A stretch of DNA of 64,000 bases, taken from the NCBI GenBank assembly GCA_026413945.1, contig JAOAJX010000001.1, positions 96,001 to 160,000 of the forward strand, written 5' to 3'. The notes under the pieces were generated by a model that did no database searches, had not been told where the DNA came from, and was given only the letters and a program-made list of their open reading frames with translations. Position numbers and translations under genes: made by a program. Position 1 is the first letter of the stretch, and each line of letters starts with the position of its first letter. Of this stretch, positions 1 through 8,641 are shown piece by piece. The stretch is from Candidatus Iainarchaeum sp. (GTDB lineage: Archaea; Iainarchaeota; Iainarchaeia; Iainarchaeales; DTGL01).

Positions 1-1
1 A

Positions 2-295
2 ACAATAGGAGTCTGCACTTCACAAGGCATAAAACACTGCTATTTTAGGTATGTCCCATTTTGCTACATGTACGGCGCAATAAATTTTATAAGCGAGTAT
101 GCTGCAAAGGAGTCCCTTAAGGAAAATCATATAGGCCCGGAATTTGAGGATCTTGACGTTGAAAAAAACCGCGCAAAGTATGGCCGAATAAAAGGGCCTC
201 AATGTTTTGGGTGCAAGTACAACAACGTTTGCGAAGGCATCTTCAGAGAATATGCTGAGAAGCGCGGTTTTGAGGAACTTGTGCCAGTACCGTGA
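2..295 (+). CDS. Radical SAM protein, HxsC-like, C-terminal part (5' truncated by window edge)
   Basis: Frame open from base 2 (TIGVCTSQGIKHCYFRYVPFCYM...). Shares PxC, CxxCx5C (CFGCKYNNVC) and the C-terminal YxxxxGxEExxP signature with the radical SAMs at 4760-8353. Confidence 0.75.
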   Translation, partial: TIGVCTSQGIKHCYFRYVPFCYMYGAINFISEYAAKESLKENHIGPEFEDLDVEKNRAKYGRIKGPQCFGCKYNNVCEGIFREYAEKRGFEELVPVP

Positions 296-308
296 GCAAG
301 GTGTTTTA

Positions 309-764
309 GTGGAACTAAAAATATTAGTTAAGGCCTTAAGAAGGAAAGAGTTTGCAATTCCGATAGCTTTCCTTTTGTTCCTTTTGTTTTTTGGAGCAAT
401 AATGCTTCTGGTTGATACTACAAAAAATGTTAAAAACATTGAAAGAGCAAGGATTTCTGGCTGCGTTTTGGAGTATGGGCCTTGGCAATGTATTGATGAT
501 AAAATAGCTGTACCTTTTTATAATTCCGGGGTTTTAGACATAACAATGGTAAGACTTAGATTTCCTGTAAGAAATGGCTGGAATGTGTATGAGGCAAGTG
601 GCATGCTCAGAAAAGGCGAGGCTGGAACATTGCTAACTGAAAGCTGTGCAGATGCGATAATGGAAGGCACAAAAGTTGAGTGGTGTTGCTCAAGCGATTG
701 CTTTATCAGTGACCTTAAAAACCCAAACCAAAATGTTTTAGTAAAAATAAATTCTTTTGGTTAA
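309..764 (+). CDS. Membrane-anchored pilin-like hypothetical protein
   Basis: GTG at 309 after AAGGTG. Basic N-terminus (RRK), one hydrophobic helix, then a Cys-containing domain with NSGxxDI as in archaeal pilins. Confidence 0.5.
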   Translation: MELKILVKALRRKEFAIPIAFLLFLLFFGAIMLLVDTTKNVKNIERARISGCVLEYGPWQCIDDKIAVPFYNSGVLDITMVRLRFPVRNGWNVYEASGMLRKGEAGTLLTESCADAIMEGTKVEWCCSSDCFISDLKNPNQNVLVKINSFG

Positions 765-765
765 T

Positions 766-1404
766 ATGGCAAAAATATTTTTTGGAGATGAACACCTTCC
801 GGTTTGTGAGACAAATATCGAAGCCATAAGTAAAAACAGCAAAGCGGTATTAAGCTTTACTTTTAGAGAAGTTTTTCAACAAAAAACATTTGCGGAGAAT
901 GCTAAACTGCTTGAGATTTGCCTAAAAGCAATGAAATATAAGGGAATAAGATTTTTTAGTGTGCCTTTTTGTGTCGCTGAGCCAGAAAAGGTTTCTGTTT
1001 TCAATAGCTTAGCTCTTAAGGTAAAGAGTGGGTTCTACTTTGAAGGTGCATATATGGTTCCTTTAGATAGTTGACCAGGAAAATTACCTGCCTTAAAAGT
1101 ATACGATTGCTGTTTCAGACGCGGTTTATTCGATGTATTAATGGCAATTAATTCTTTTAGTCATTTTAAGGATCCGGCTAAGAGTGTCATTGAAGCTAAG
1201 AGAGTATTGAAAGAAGGCGGCTTATTTATTTTGGTGGAAAATGAAATGGCTGAAAGAGATTTTGGGAGTAGAGATGGCTTTGATTCACATAATAGCCTAA
1301 AAAAGAAGCAGATAAAGGAGTTATTTCTGAAAAATGGGTTCATGTTAAAGACACAAAGAAAGGTTAGGCCTTACTACTTTTTGATGTTTGAGAAGGTTAA
1401 TTAA
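766..1404 (+). pseudogene. Degenerate class I SAM-dependent methyltransferase interrupted by one in-frame TGA (1072-1074)
   Basis: ORFs 757-1074 and 1141-1404 are in the same frame with no other stop between them. Read-through gives ...GAYMVPLDS*PGKL...FDVLMAINSFSHFKDP...EAKRVLKEGG, matching methyltransferase motifs. Confidence 0.6.
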
Positions 1405-1449
1405 CAAGCTGAGATGCTTGGGATTTCGCTCAAGCACCTACTTTATAAT

Positions 1450-2391
1450 TTAGCTTAGCAAAATAGCAATTGCGCATTGGCATTGAATGTCTTCTATTTT
1501 TTCGTATTTTTTCAAAATAGCATCTTTTACTTCTTTTTCTTCTTTTTGCTCTAGTAGTGGCTTTGCCTCACAAAGCTTCTTTATAAGCAGATAATCACGA
1601 ACAAAACATAAGTCTTTTGTTTTTTCTTTAATAATTATTTCTCCCATGGTATTGCAAATATTTTGTTCAAAAATGGCAGCCACCTTGCTGTTTTCTTTTC
1701 TGAGTTCTGAAAGGTTTTTGTCAAAAATGTTTAGTGCGGTTGTTGCTTTTGTTTTGAGTTTTCTTAGTTGCTCAGAAGGATCAGTTTTGTCAATTTTTAT
1801 TTCAAGTATTTTGAGTGCAATGTTTTTATCCAAAAAGTTTAAATCTCCGCATTCTTTCTCCGCTGTGACATAGCCGTACAAAGAGTCTAAGTCGTCTTCA
1901 GCGAGTTGTTTCTTTTTAAAATATTCTCTCCAGTAAGTCAGGGCTTTTGAAAACTTTGAGTTATCTAAGATTCTTTGCTTAATTTCTATCCAATTACTAT
2001 CTCTATTAAGCACTCTGATGCTAAAGCAGTATCCACCAAGTACTTTGTTTGGGTCACAAGATTCGGGCACCACACATTTTTTTTCAAACGATGCTTCTAT
2101 TAGCTTTATATGTTCTGGTTTTGTTTCTGCCAACCTTCGTTTAGCTTCAGTATCGCCTGCGAGAAAGGCAAATGTCGATTTCACAACAATGGTGTTGTGT
2201 ATTGCCTGAGGGGTGTTTTCATCAGATAATTTCATAGGTATTTCATCATAGCTGTAAAGGTAAACTTCATAACCTTTTTTTGTTGGATTTATTAGGTGCA
2301 TAATAACAAGTATTAAGGAGATAGCAAAAATTAGCAGCAGTAAAAGCATAACTAAGAACTTCTTTCTGCGATTTAGCAGAATCACGGCCAA
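1450..2391 (-). CDS. Hypothetical protein, N-terminal membrane anchor with Cys-containing helical domain
   Basis: 313-aa ORF; RRKK followed by a long hydrophobic run; last gene of the minus-strand hxs run. Confidence 0.7.
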   Translation of the reverse strand: MAVILLNRRKKFLVMLLLLLIFAISLILVIMHLINPTKKGYEVYLYSYDEIPMKLSDENTPQAIHNTIVVKSTFAFLAGDTEAKRRLAETKPEHIKLIEASFEKKCVVPESCDPNKVLGGYCFSIRVLNRDSNWIEIKQRILDNSKFSKALTYWREYFKKKQLAEDDLDSLYGYVTAEKECGDLNFLDKNIALKILEIKIDKTDPSEQLRKLKTKATTALNIFDKNLSELRKENSKVAAIFEQNICNTMGEIIIKEKTKDLCFVRDYLLIKKLCEAKPLLEQKEEKEVKDAILKKYEKIEDIQCQCAIAILLS

Positions 2392-2433
2392 ACACCTTTC
2401 TTTTGGATGATATTTATATGTCCAGTGCCCTAT

Positions 2434-4287
2434 TTAAACCTTTTTTATTTGGTTTTGCAAAAAGTATTTTTCGTAAAGGGTCTTGCGATCTAAAATATTG
2501 CCAATTTTTGGCCCGGGGCGGTCATTGCAAAACTTTATCTTTCCATCTTGTACAACTTTAAAAAGCTCTAAGCAACCAAAACAGTCCGAAGGGATTCTAA
2601 ATTCGCTGTAGAATTTCTTTTCAGCCTCTTTGCTCATCTCTTGGACAAATATTGGTTTTGTGACTAAAAAAAGCACTCTTGCGGCTTTCAAGTTGTATAG
2701 GAACTCTTTGAAAACAATTGTTTCTCTTGGATTTAATTGTTGTTTGCAAATTGGTGAAAGCAAAACCAAGCCCAATCCTTTTGATCTTTTGTTGAAACTT
2801 ACTATTTCAAAGAATAGCCTGTCAAAATCTTCCTTTTGAGGATCAAATTTAATCAAAAGCACGTCCTTCTTTATTGCAGAGTGGATACTTTGGGAAATGG
2901 TTGCTATGAAGTAATGCCCAAGCAATCTCAAGCCATCTTTGCCATCTTCTAGATAAGGTCTTAGCTTAATTGTTTCTTTATTTGCAAGGTATCTAAAATA
3001 TTCTAAAATCTCCTCTTTTCTATCATCACAATGCATCTTATCTGGAATATAAATTGTTTTGTTTTCTCTCAGGTTTCTTAGCAGACAGCCTCCCCAGCAT
3101 AGCTTAAAATCACATTTTTGGCAAAGTTTAACTTTTTTGTACCAATTTCTTAACTCTTTTAGCTTCTTGTAATCTAAAACAATTTTTTTACTTTTAACGT
3201 CATATCTGCCGAAAATCAAATATGAAGCACCATGATTGAGTATATCTTCTTTATCTCCGAGCATCGCACAGGGAGTTATAAAACCTTCGGGTGTCACCAA
3301 AAAAGTGTTGCATACAGCACACCCGCAAGCAAACTTGTTTCCTAAAGATTTTTGTGCCGGAACAAGACAGCGCAGGTTAACAAGGTCGCACATTTCTTTT
3401 ATGGCAAGCTGCGATCTGATAAGCTTTCTGTAATAATTCATGTGCCTTTTTTTGTTTTTTTTATTTGTAGCTGCTTTACCCATACAACCTACAATTGACA
3501 CAAATATTTTTTCTACACCAAGTGAGTTGAAATACTTTACGGTCTTTTGTTCTTTACCAATATGTGCATATGTCAAAGTTATTTTTATAGTAAAGTCTTG
3601 ATTTTTTGAAACGAGCGCTCTTATATGATTTTCCACTATAATACTACTTTTACCTTCATTCGTGAAAGGTCGCACTTTGTCTTGTATCTCTGGTGGCCCG
3701 TCACAAGATATTTGAAAAGAATCACCAAAATAGTTTTCTTTTAATACAGCCAAATAATTTGAAGGCGAAATGGTACCATTCGTAGAAAGTTTGAATTGTT
3801 TTACGTTAAGCTTCTTTTTTGCATAATTTATTGTTTTTAAAAATAGGTGTTCATTGAGAAGTGGTTCTCCTGAAGTTACGAAGTCAATCAACATAGGCCA
3901 ATTTTGATGCTTGGCCAAAAAATCAGTCGAAGCTTTTATTAATTCAAACGAGGAATCTTTGCCTTTCTTAATACCACCATAACCAACGCAATAACTGCAG
4001 TTCAGGTTGCATTTAGTAGTTATTACAGGAATAAAGTTTTCGAATCTGCTTATTTTTGCAAATGGCTTTTTTGAATTTATGGCAATATATTTTCTTCCAA
4101 ATTTAAGAAAAGCTTCTTCATCCATTAAAAAGAAGTTTGAGGTGTTGCTGCATATAAAGAAAAAAAAGCTTTTTCTTTTGAAGAGCATATGGAGAAAAGG
4201 CTTTCTTTGTATTAGCTCTTTTTTCACTGTCACAAGATTGCTGCTATTAAATTTTTCATTGGAGCCTTCAAAAATCTTTAAAAGCAT
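2434..4287 (-). CDS. Radical SAM/SPASM peptide maturase (HxsB-like position) with extra C-terminal domain
   Basis: CNLNCSYC, SGEPLL, STNGT and ISCDG motifs; SPASM cysteines (CGCAVC...PC...CQKCDFKLCWGGC...C); starts 15 nt after the precursor stop. Confidence 0.85.
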   Translation of the reverse strand: MLLKIFEGSNEKFNSSNLVTVKKELIQRKPFLHMLFKRKSFFFFICSNTSNFFLMDEEAFLKFGRKYIAINSKKPFAKISRFENFIPVITTKCNLNCSYCVGYGGIKKGKDSSFELIKASTDFLAKHQNWPMLIDFVTSGEPLLNEHLFLKTINYAKKKLNVKQFKLSTNGTISPSNYLAVLKENYFGDSFQISCDGPPEIQDKVRPFTNEGKSSIIVENHIRALVSKNQDFTIKITLTYAHIGKEQKTVKYFNSLGVEKIFVSIVGCMGKAATNKKNKKRHMNYYRKLIRSQLAIKEMCDLVNLRCLVPAQKSLGNKFACGCAVCNTFLVTPEGFITPCAMLGDKEDILNHGASYLIFGRYDVKSKKIVLDYKKLKELRNWYKKVKLCQKCDFKLCWGGCLLRNLRENKTIYIPDKMHCDDRKEEILEYFRYLANKETIKLRPYLEDGKDGLRLLGHYFIATISQSIHSAIKKDVLLIKFDPQKEDFDRLFFEIVSFNKRSKGLGLVLLSPICKQQLNPRETIVFKEFLYNLKAARVLFLVTKPIFVQEMSKEAEKKFYSEFRIPSDCFGCLELFKVVQDGKIKFCNDRPGPKIGNILDRKTLYEKYFLQNQIKKV

Positions 4288-4302
4288 TTTAAAGACCTAA
4301 GC

Positions 4303-4701
4303 TTAGTAGCAGTAAGCTGCATCACAGGCACCGATTCCACTATAATGGCTGCTGTGGCTTCCGTGGCTGCCGTGGCTTCCGTGACTTCCGTGGCTTCCGT
4401 GACTTCCGTGGCTGCTGTGGCTGCTGTGGCTGCTGTGGCTTGCGTGACTTGCATGGCTTGCGTGATGGCCGTGGCTAGCGCTAATATTGCCTGCATTCCA
4501 TCCAACGCTAAAGTAGTTTGTGTGTGTTGCTGCCACTTCAGGCAAAATATTGAGTATTGAAATCGACCCCAAAAAAGCACCAAGGGCAAGCATTTTGTGC
4601 TTTGAAATGCTGCCACGCTCTTCTAGAACAAATGATTTTATAGTTTTTTTTACTTTTGGAAGCAGAGATTCGTTTTCAGATGATTTTTCTTTTTTGGGCA
4701 T
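4303..4701 (-). CDS. hxsA: His-Xaa-Ser repeat RiPP precursor (HxsA-like)
   Basis: 132 aa: leader, hydrophobic segment, 14 tandem HxS triplets, C-terminal GIGACDAAYCY; flanked by radical SAM genes. Confidence 0.9.
   Translation of the reverse strand: MPKKEKSSENESLLPKVKKTIKSFVLEERGSISKHKMLALGAFLGSISILNILPEVAATHTNYFSVGWNAGNISASHGHHASHASHASHSSHSSHSSHGSHGSHGSHGSHGSHGSHSSHYSGIGACDAAYCY
4339..4464 (-). repeat. 9-bp tandem repeat x14 encoding (HAS)3(HSS)3(HGS)6(HSS)(HYS)
   Basis: Counted directly; plus-strand units are variants of gct-nnn-gtg with synonymous codon variation. Confidence 0.95.
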
Positions 4702-4738
4702 CTATTAAATAATAGATATACTTATTTAAAATATTTCC
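4700..4738 (-). promoter_or_regulatory. Putative BRE/TATA promoter of hxsA with a palindrome over the start site
   Basis: Minus strand reads GGAAATAT-TTTAAATA about 22-29 nt before the ATG (leaderless-like spacing); perfect 8-2-8 inverted repeat ATCTATTA-AA-TAATAGAT at 4700-4717. Confidence 0.45.
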
Positions 4739-4759
4739 TAAAAGTTGAATGGCTGAAAA

Positions 4760-5602
4760 TCATATAATTGGGTTGAATTCTTCTTCGCCAGCAAGGGGTA
4801 TGTAACTTTTCCATATTTTTGGGCATTTTTCCTTAACCTTGCAGATTTCGCACGCTTCAATTAGCGTTAGTTCTGTTTCTTGCTTAGTTATTCCTTCTGC
4901 GAGATGCCAATACTTTTTGTCCATTATACAAAGAGGAAAATGAAACAGCATTACTTCAAAATTTGCCCTTAGTAAAGTTTCTGCTGCCTTCTCTACAAAT
5001 GGCGCTGCTTTGCTATACCTCACAAAAACCTTGCGCCTGTTGATGAACGCATTACCAGTGTATTTTAGGTTGATAAAAACAACCCTTTCAAGTCCTTTGA
5101 AGTTTTTCACAATGAATTCAGCGGTTTTTTTTAGATGCTTATAATTTATCTTCTCCACAAGAATTCTTAACTCAACTTTGAACCCTTTTTCCAGAAGTTT
5201 TTTTATACCATTCACGGTTTCATTCCAGCTTCCCTTGAATTGTGTTATGGAATCATGCACTTCTGGCTTGTGGCTGTACAAAGCTATGCCAAAACGTATT
5301 GGTTCAAGCTTATGCTTGCTTATCTTATCCACAAAGTCTTTACCTGAAAACTTTCGCCCATTGCTGACAACAAATATGAACTTATTAGGGTGTTTCTTTC
5401 TTGCGTATGCTAAGATATCAACGAAATCTTCCCTGAGTGTTGGCTCTCCGCCGGTAACGCCAAAAATCTCGGTTTCCGGAATCTTGTCTATAATCTCAAA
5501 TAATTTTGCTTTGCTTTGCTGCCCCAACCAGCAAGTCATTCTTGTATCAATTATGCAGCTTATGCAATTATTATTGCATTTGAAGGTTAGTGGCCACTCC
5601 AT
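4760..5602 (-). CDS. hxsC: His-Xaa-Ser system radical SAM protein, HxsC-like
   Basis: CNNNCISC, TGGEPT, SNGRKFS, HDSITQFKGSW, FPLC, CEICKVKEKC; directly upstream of the precursor. Confidence 0.75.
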   Translation of the reverse strand: MEWPLTFKCNNNCISCIIDTRMTCWLGQQSKAKLFEIIDKIPETEIFGVTGGEPTLREDFVDILAYARKKHPNKFIFVVSNGRKFSGKDFVDKISKHKLEPIRFGIALYSHKPEVHDSITQFKGSWNETVNGIKKLLEKGFKVELRILVEKINYKHLKKTAEFIVKNFKGLERVVFINLKYTGNAFINRRKVFVRYSKAAPFVEKAAETLLRANFEVMLFHFPLCIMDKKYWHLAEGITKQETELTLIEACEICKVKEKCPKIWKSYIPLAGEEEFNPII

Positions 5603-6489
5603 TTTAAGTCATCTCCAAGCAATTCTAAGCCTCTAAAGGCAACATACTTCTTGGATATACCAGGGCAATTATTTGCAAAGCGGCAATCTTTACAAATTTT
5701 CAGCTTTTCACAACTGCTTTTTATTTTCGTTTCTAAGTCAACTTTCATATCAAACCAGTACATCTTTGTCTTTAATTGGCCACAAGTAGCGCTGTCCTTG
5801 TTCTTCTTCAATGAGCATGGAGGCATATTCATTACCCAAACTGTAATGCCATGATTTTTTAGTATTGACGCAGCCGAATCCACACTTTCAGAAACCTGTG
5901 CAAACGTAGGTATGAGCCATTTGTTATTAAGCAAGTTACCGTCAATATCCGGGAATATTATGCACATTGCACGAATTTGGTAATTATTGCAGAGGAATTC
6001 TGCTAATTTAGGTAACTCATTGAAATTTATTTTATTTAATACAAAATTTACATCAATGGTAAGGTTTGCTTTTGATGCATTTTCCAGGCCTTTTATTGCT
6101 TTCTCAAATGCGCCTTTAACATTGCAAAGGAAGTCGTGCGTTTCCGGATTTAAGCCATGGATTGAAAGTATTACACCGGTTAGTCCTGCTGCAATCATTT
6201 GATCCAAAAATGCTTTATTTGAAAGCAAAAGGCCGTTTGTTGTAATCCTAACTTCTTTGGCCCCATTTTTTCTTGCAAATGCTATTAGCTCACACAGATC
6301 TTTGCGTATTGTTGGCTCGCCACCAGTAAAGTTAATCTCCTCAGCAAAGTCTTTACCTAACGCTAACATAATTTCCTTCTTTATCTCCTCTGTGCTCTTA
6401 TTCTGGTTCCTATTCCCAACAGAGCAAAAGAGGCAATTGTTGTTGCATGCAAAGCCCAAAACAATTTCAACTTTTCCTAAGTATGTCAT
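5587..6489 (-). CDS. Radical SAM protein (HxsC-like paralogue)
   Basis: CNNNCLFC, TGGEPT, TTNG, MPPC, CKDCRFANNC; AGGTG RBS. Confidence 0.85.
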   Translation of the reverse strand: MTYLGKVEIVLGFACNNNCLFCSVGNRNQNKSTEEIKKEIMLALGKDFAEEINFTGGEPTIRKDLCELIAFARKNGAKEVRITTNGLLLSNKAFLDQMIAAGLTGVILSIHGLNPETHDFLCNVKGAFEKAIKGLENASKANLTIDVNFVLNKINFNELPKLAEFLCNNYQIRAMCIIFPDIDGNLLNNKWLIPTFAQVSESVDSAASILKNHGITVWVMNMPPCSLKKNKDSATCGQLKTKMYWFDMKVDLETKIKSSCEKLKICKDCRFANNCPGISKKYVAFRGLELLGDDLKWSGH

Positions 6490-6504
6490 CAAAGCACCTG
6501 TGCA

Positions 6505-7389
6505 TCAGCTAAATTGCAGCAACAGACCTTTTTCAATTTCCCCAACAAACTTTTTGCCAGAGTAAACTCTTAAAGAATCTTCTTTTGCAATAATGGAGTT
6601 TCCTTTGGATAAGATACCTTTAAACCCACTGAAGTCAATGGATAATTCACCAATAATTGAAGAGTATCTTATTGAATCACCTTCTTTGTGGCCTTCAAAT
6701 GTGCAAAACTCATGATCATTCCACACGATAATTGGCTTCTTTAAAAAATGTTCTGCGCTCTTGCAGAAAGCGGGTATTTGTTTGCTTAAGATATGTTGCA
6801 TTTTTCTTCCAAATTTTAGGCTTTCCTTACAGTCAAAAGAACATGGTTGGTGTGGTATGAAAAAAAGGTTATAAGTGCTTATCCTAATAAAATTTTCATC
6901 ATTGCCAATCAAAGCATAGTCGCCTTTGCTAGAGAAATTGTATGTTGAGTTAAGAAGGAAGTTAAGCTTTTTGCTGTTTTGGAAGATCCTTTCAATAAGG
7001 TTGTAGTCATACTTACCGCCCTGTTTTGAACAGGGGTTTTTTTCAGACAAGGTTTTAATGAAAAAGGAAGTGCAGCAAGGCGGATAGCCAAAAAGGTCAC
7101 CAACATCTATTCTATTGGCATTAGCTTCTGCTCTGGCTGCTTTTTCAATATCTTGCCTCGATTTTGAAATATATGCCAGAAGCATGCTTTCTTTTGTTTC
7201 GTAAATTTTAATCCTCTTTACTTCGCATTCTAAGCCCCAGCCCTTTGCGAGTTTTTTTACGCTTCCCTTGTCATTTTCTGATATTCCTGTTCGCGAAACC
7301 GGCTTTAGGTCATAAACTACTCCAAAAAAATCCACTGGTGAAAAGAACCCAAGCCAAGTTGGTTTTTCAAATAAAATTTTGCTACGCAT
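6505..7389 (-). CDS. DUF483-like protein
   Basis: GDLFGYPPCCTSFF and FIPHQPCSFDC motifs; ATG at 7389 directly follows the upstream stop. Confidence 0.7.
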   Translation of the reverse strand: MRSKILFEKPTWLGFFSPVDFFGVVYDLKPVSRTGISENDKGSVKKLAKGWGLECEVKRIKIYETKESMLLAYISKSRQDIEKAARAEANANRIDVGDLFGYPPCCTSFFIKTLSEKNPCSKQGGKYDYNLIERIFQNSKKLNFLLNSTYNFSSKGDYALIGNDENFIRISTYNLFFIPHQPCSFDCKESLKFGRKMQHILSKQIPAFCKSAEHFLKKPIIVWNDHEFCTFEGHKEGDSIRYSSIIGELSIDFSGFKGILSKGNSIIAKEDSLRVYSGKKFVGEIEKGLLLQFS

Positions 7390-7390
7390 A

Positions 7391-8353
7391 TCAATACTCC
7401 TGCAGCTTAAATTCTTCTGTGGTAATTTGTTTTCCTTCAATAGGCTTGAATTCTGAAAAGCCCCTTACACGAGTATATTCCTTGAAAGGGCCAACGCAGA
7501 GTAAAAAATATTTGCATTTTTTGCAATTTGCGCCTTTGCTTCTGTACTTCTGCCTGTTTTTTTGTATGTCTGCCCTGAACTTTGGCCCAATCAAAATTGT
7601 GTTTGTGACAGTGAGCTCAGACATAATGTTTGTGTAGCTTGGCAATATGCAAGGATACATATTATGCAAAAAAGGCTTTCCACCCTCTTTGAGTAGAATA
7701 TCACACGCCTCTTTGATGTAAGAAGCAGCTTCATCTATCCTTGGAACCATTCGCTCGAAATCCTGTTTAGCGAAGCCGTCTGGTATTGCAAAATTTAAGT
7801 GATAGCTTTTGGTGTTCTTCTTGAACTTGAGAAGGAAAGCAGCCATTTCAGGCAGTTTTTCATAATTGTAGGTGTTTATTACCGTGCTTGTGCGCTTTTC
7901 AATGCCAAGATCTTCAAGATTTTTCAAGCCAGCAACTTTGTCATCGAAAGAACCTTTTGTTTGCGTAAGGAAATCCTCTAATTTTGCATTTGGCGCGTGT
8001 ATTGATACGAGTACTCGGTTTACACCTAAATCAAAAATTTTCTTCGCATAGTTACGGTACTTAAGCATGCAGCCATTTGTCTGGATCTCAATGACTTCAA
8101 AACCAAGCTTTTTTGCATATCTTATTGCCTCAAACAAATCTTTCCTTATAGTTGGCTCGCCGCCGGAAAAAGATATTATGTCTGCGCCGCATCTCTTGGC
8201 AAACTCCAAATCCTTTTTTATTTCCAACCAGCTTTTTGCGCGGCCATCTGAAACAAGCTTGTGGCCTACCGAGCAAAAAATGCAGCGCTGATTACATTGC
8301 CAATTAACCAGAATTTCAACCTTTTTAAGCCCAATTTCAGCTCTTTCATTCAT
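7391..8353 (-). CDS. Radical SAM protein (HxsC-like paralogue)
   Basis: CNQRCIFC, SGGEPT, IQTNG, YPC, CKKCKYFLLC, YxxxRGxxEFxPI. Confidence 0.85.
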   Translation of the reverse strand: MNERAEIGLKKVEILVNWQCNQRCIFCSVGHKLVSDGRAKSWLEIKKDLEFAKRCGADIISFSGGEPTIRKDLFEAIRYAKKLGFEVIEIQTNGCMLKYRNYAKKIFDLGVNRVLVSIHAPNAKLEDFLTQTKGSFDDKVAGLKNLEDLGIEKRTSTVINTYNYEKLPEMAAFLLKFKKNTKSYHLNFAIPDGFAKQDFERMVPRIDEAASYIKEACDILLKEGGKPFLHNMYPCILPSYTNIMSELTVTNTILIGPKFRADIQKNRQKYRSKGANCKKCKYFLLCVGPFKEYTRVRGFSEFKPIEGKQITTEEFKLQEY

Positions 8354-8371
8354 TTTCAATACCGCATAAAA

Positions 8372-8608
8372 TCAAGGTGAAGCGCCCTTTATTAGGCTCA
8401 AGACATAATTGCAGAACTCAAGGGTTAACTTTTCAGCAGAAACAGCCTCTGTTTTCATTGTAATGTGAAAATATCTGCCGGACTCTTTTTTTGTTATTTT
8501 TGCGCCTTTAACCTCTTTAAGCGCCTTATTAACTATTTTTCTTGGGTAAAAGGCCTTTGAAAGGTTTAATGTTGCTTTTTTTCCATCTTCTTTTACTTCC
8601 AATAACAT
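8372..8608 (-). CDS. Small HxsD-like protein
   Basis: LSKAFYP...LEFCNYVL resembles the HxsD pattern; GGGTG RBS before the ATG at 8608. Confidence 0.6.
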   Translation of the reverse strand: MLLEVKEDGKKATLNLSKAFYPRKIVNKALKEVKGAKITKKESGRYFHITMKTEAVSAEKLTLEFCNYVLSLIKGASP

Positions 8609-8641
8609 TTTAAGCACCCTGCATGGGCAAATGCTAAACCT

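Noticed and set aside
4339-4464. Tandem repeat as a CRISPR array
   Set aside because: 9-bp coding units with no spacers, and no cas genes in the window.
4278-4616. Alternative-frame ORFs with ATA/ATE/VAS repeats over the precursor
   Set aside because: Shadows of the 9-bp HxS repeat; only the His-Xaa-Ser frame fits the flanking hxs genes.
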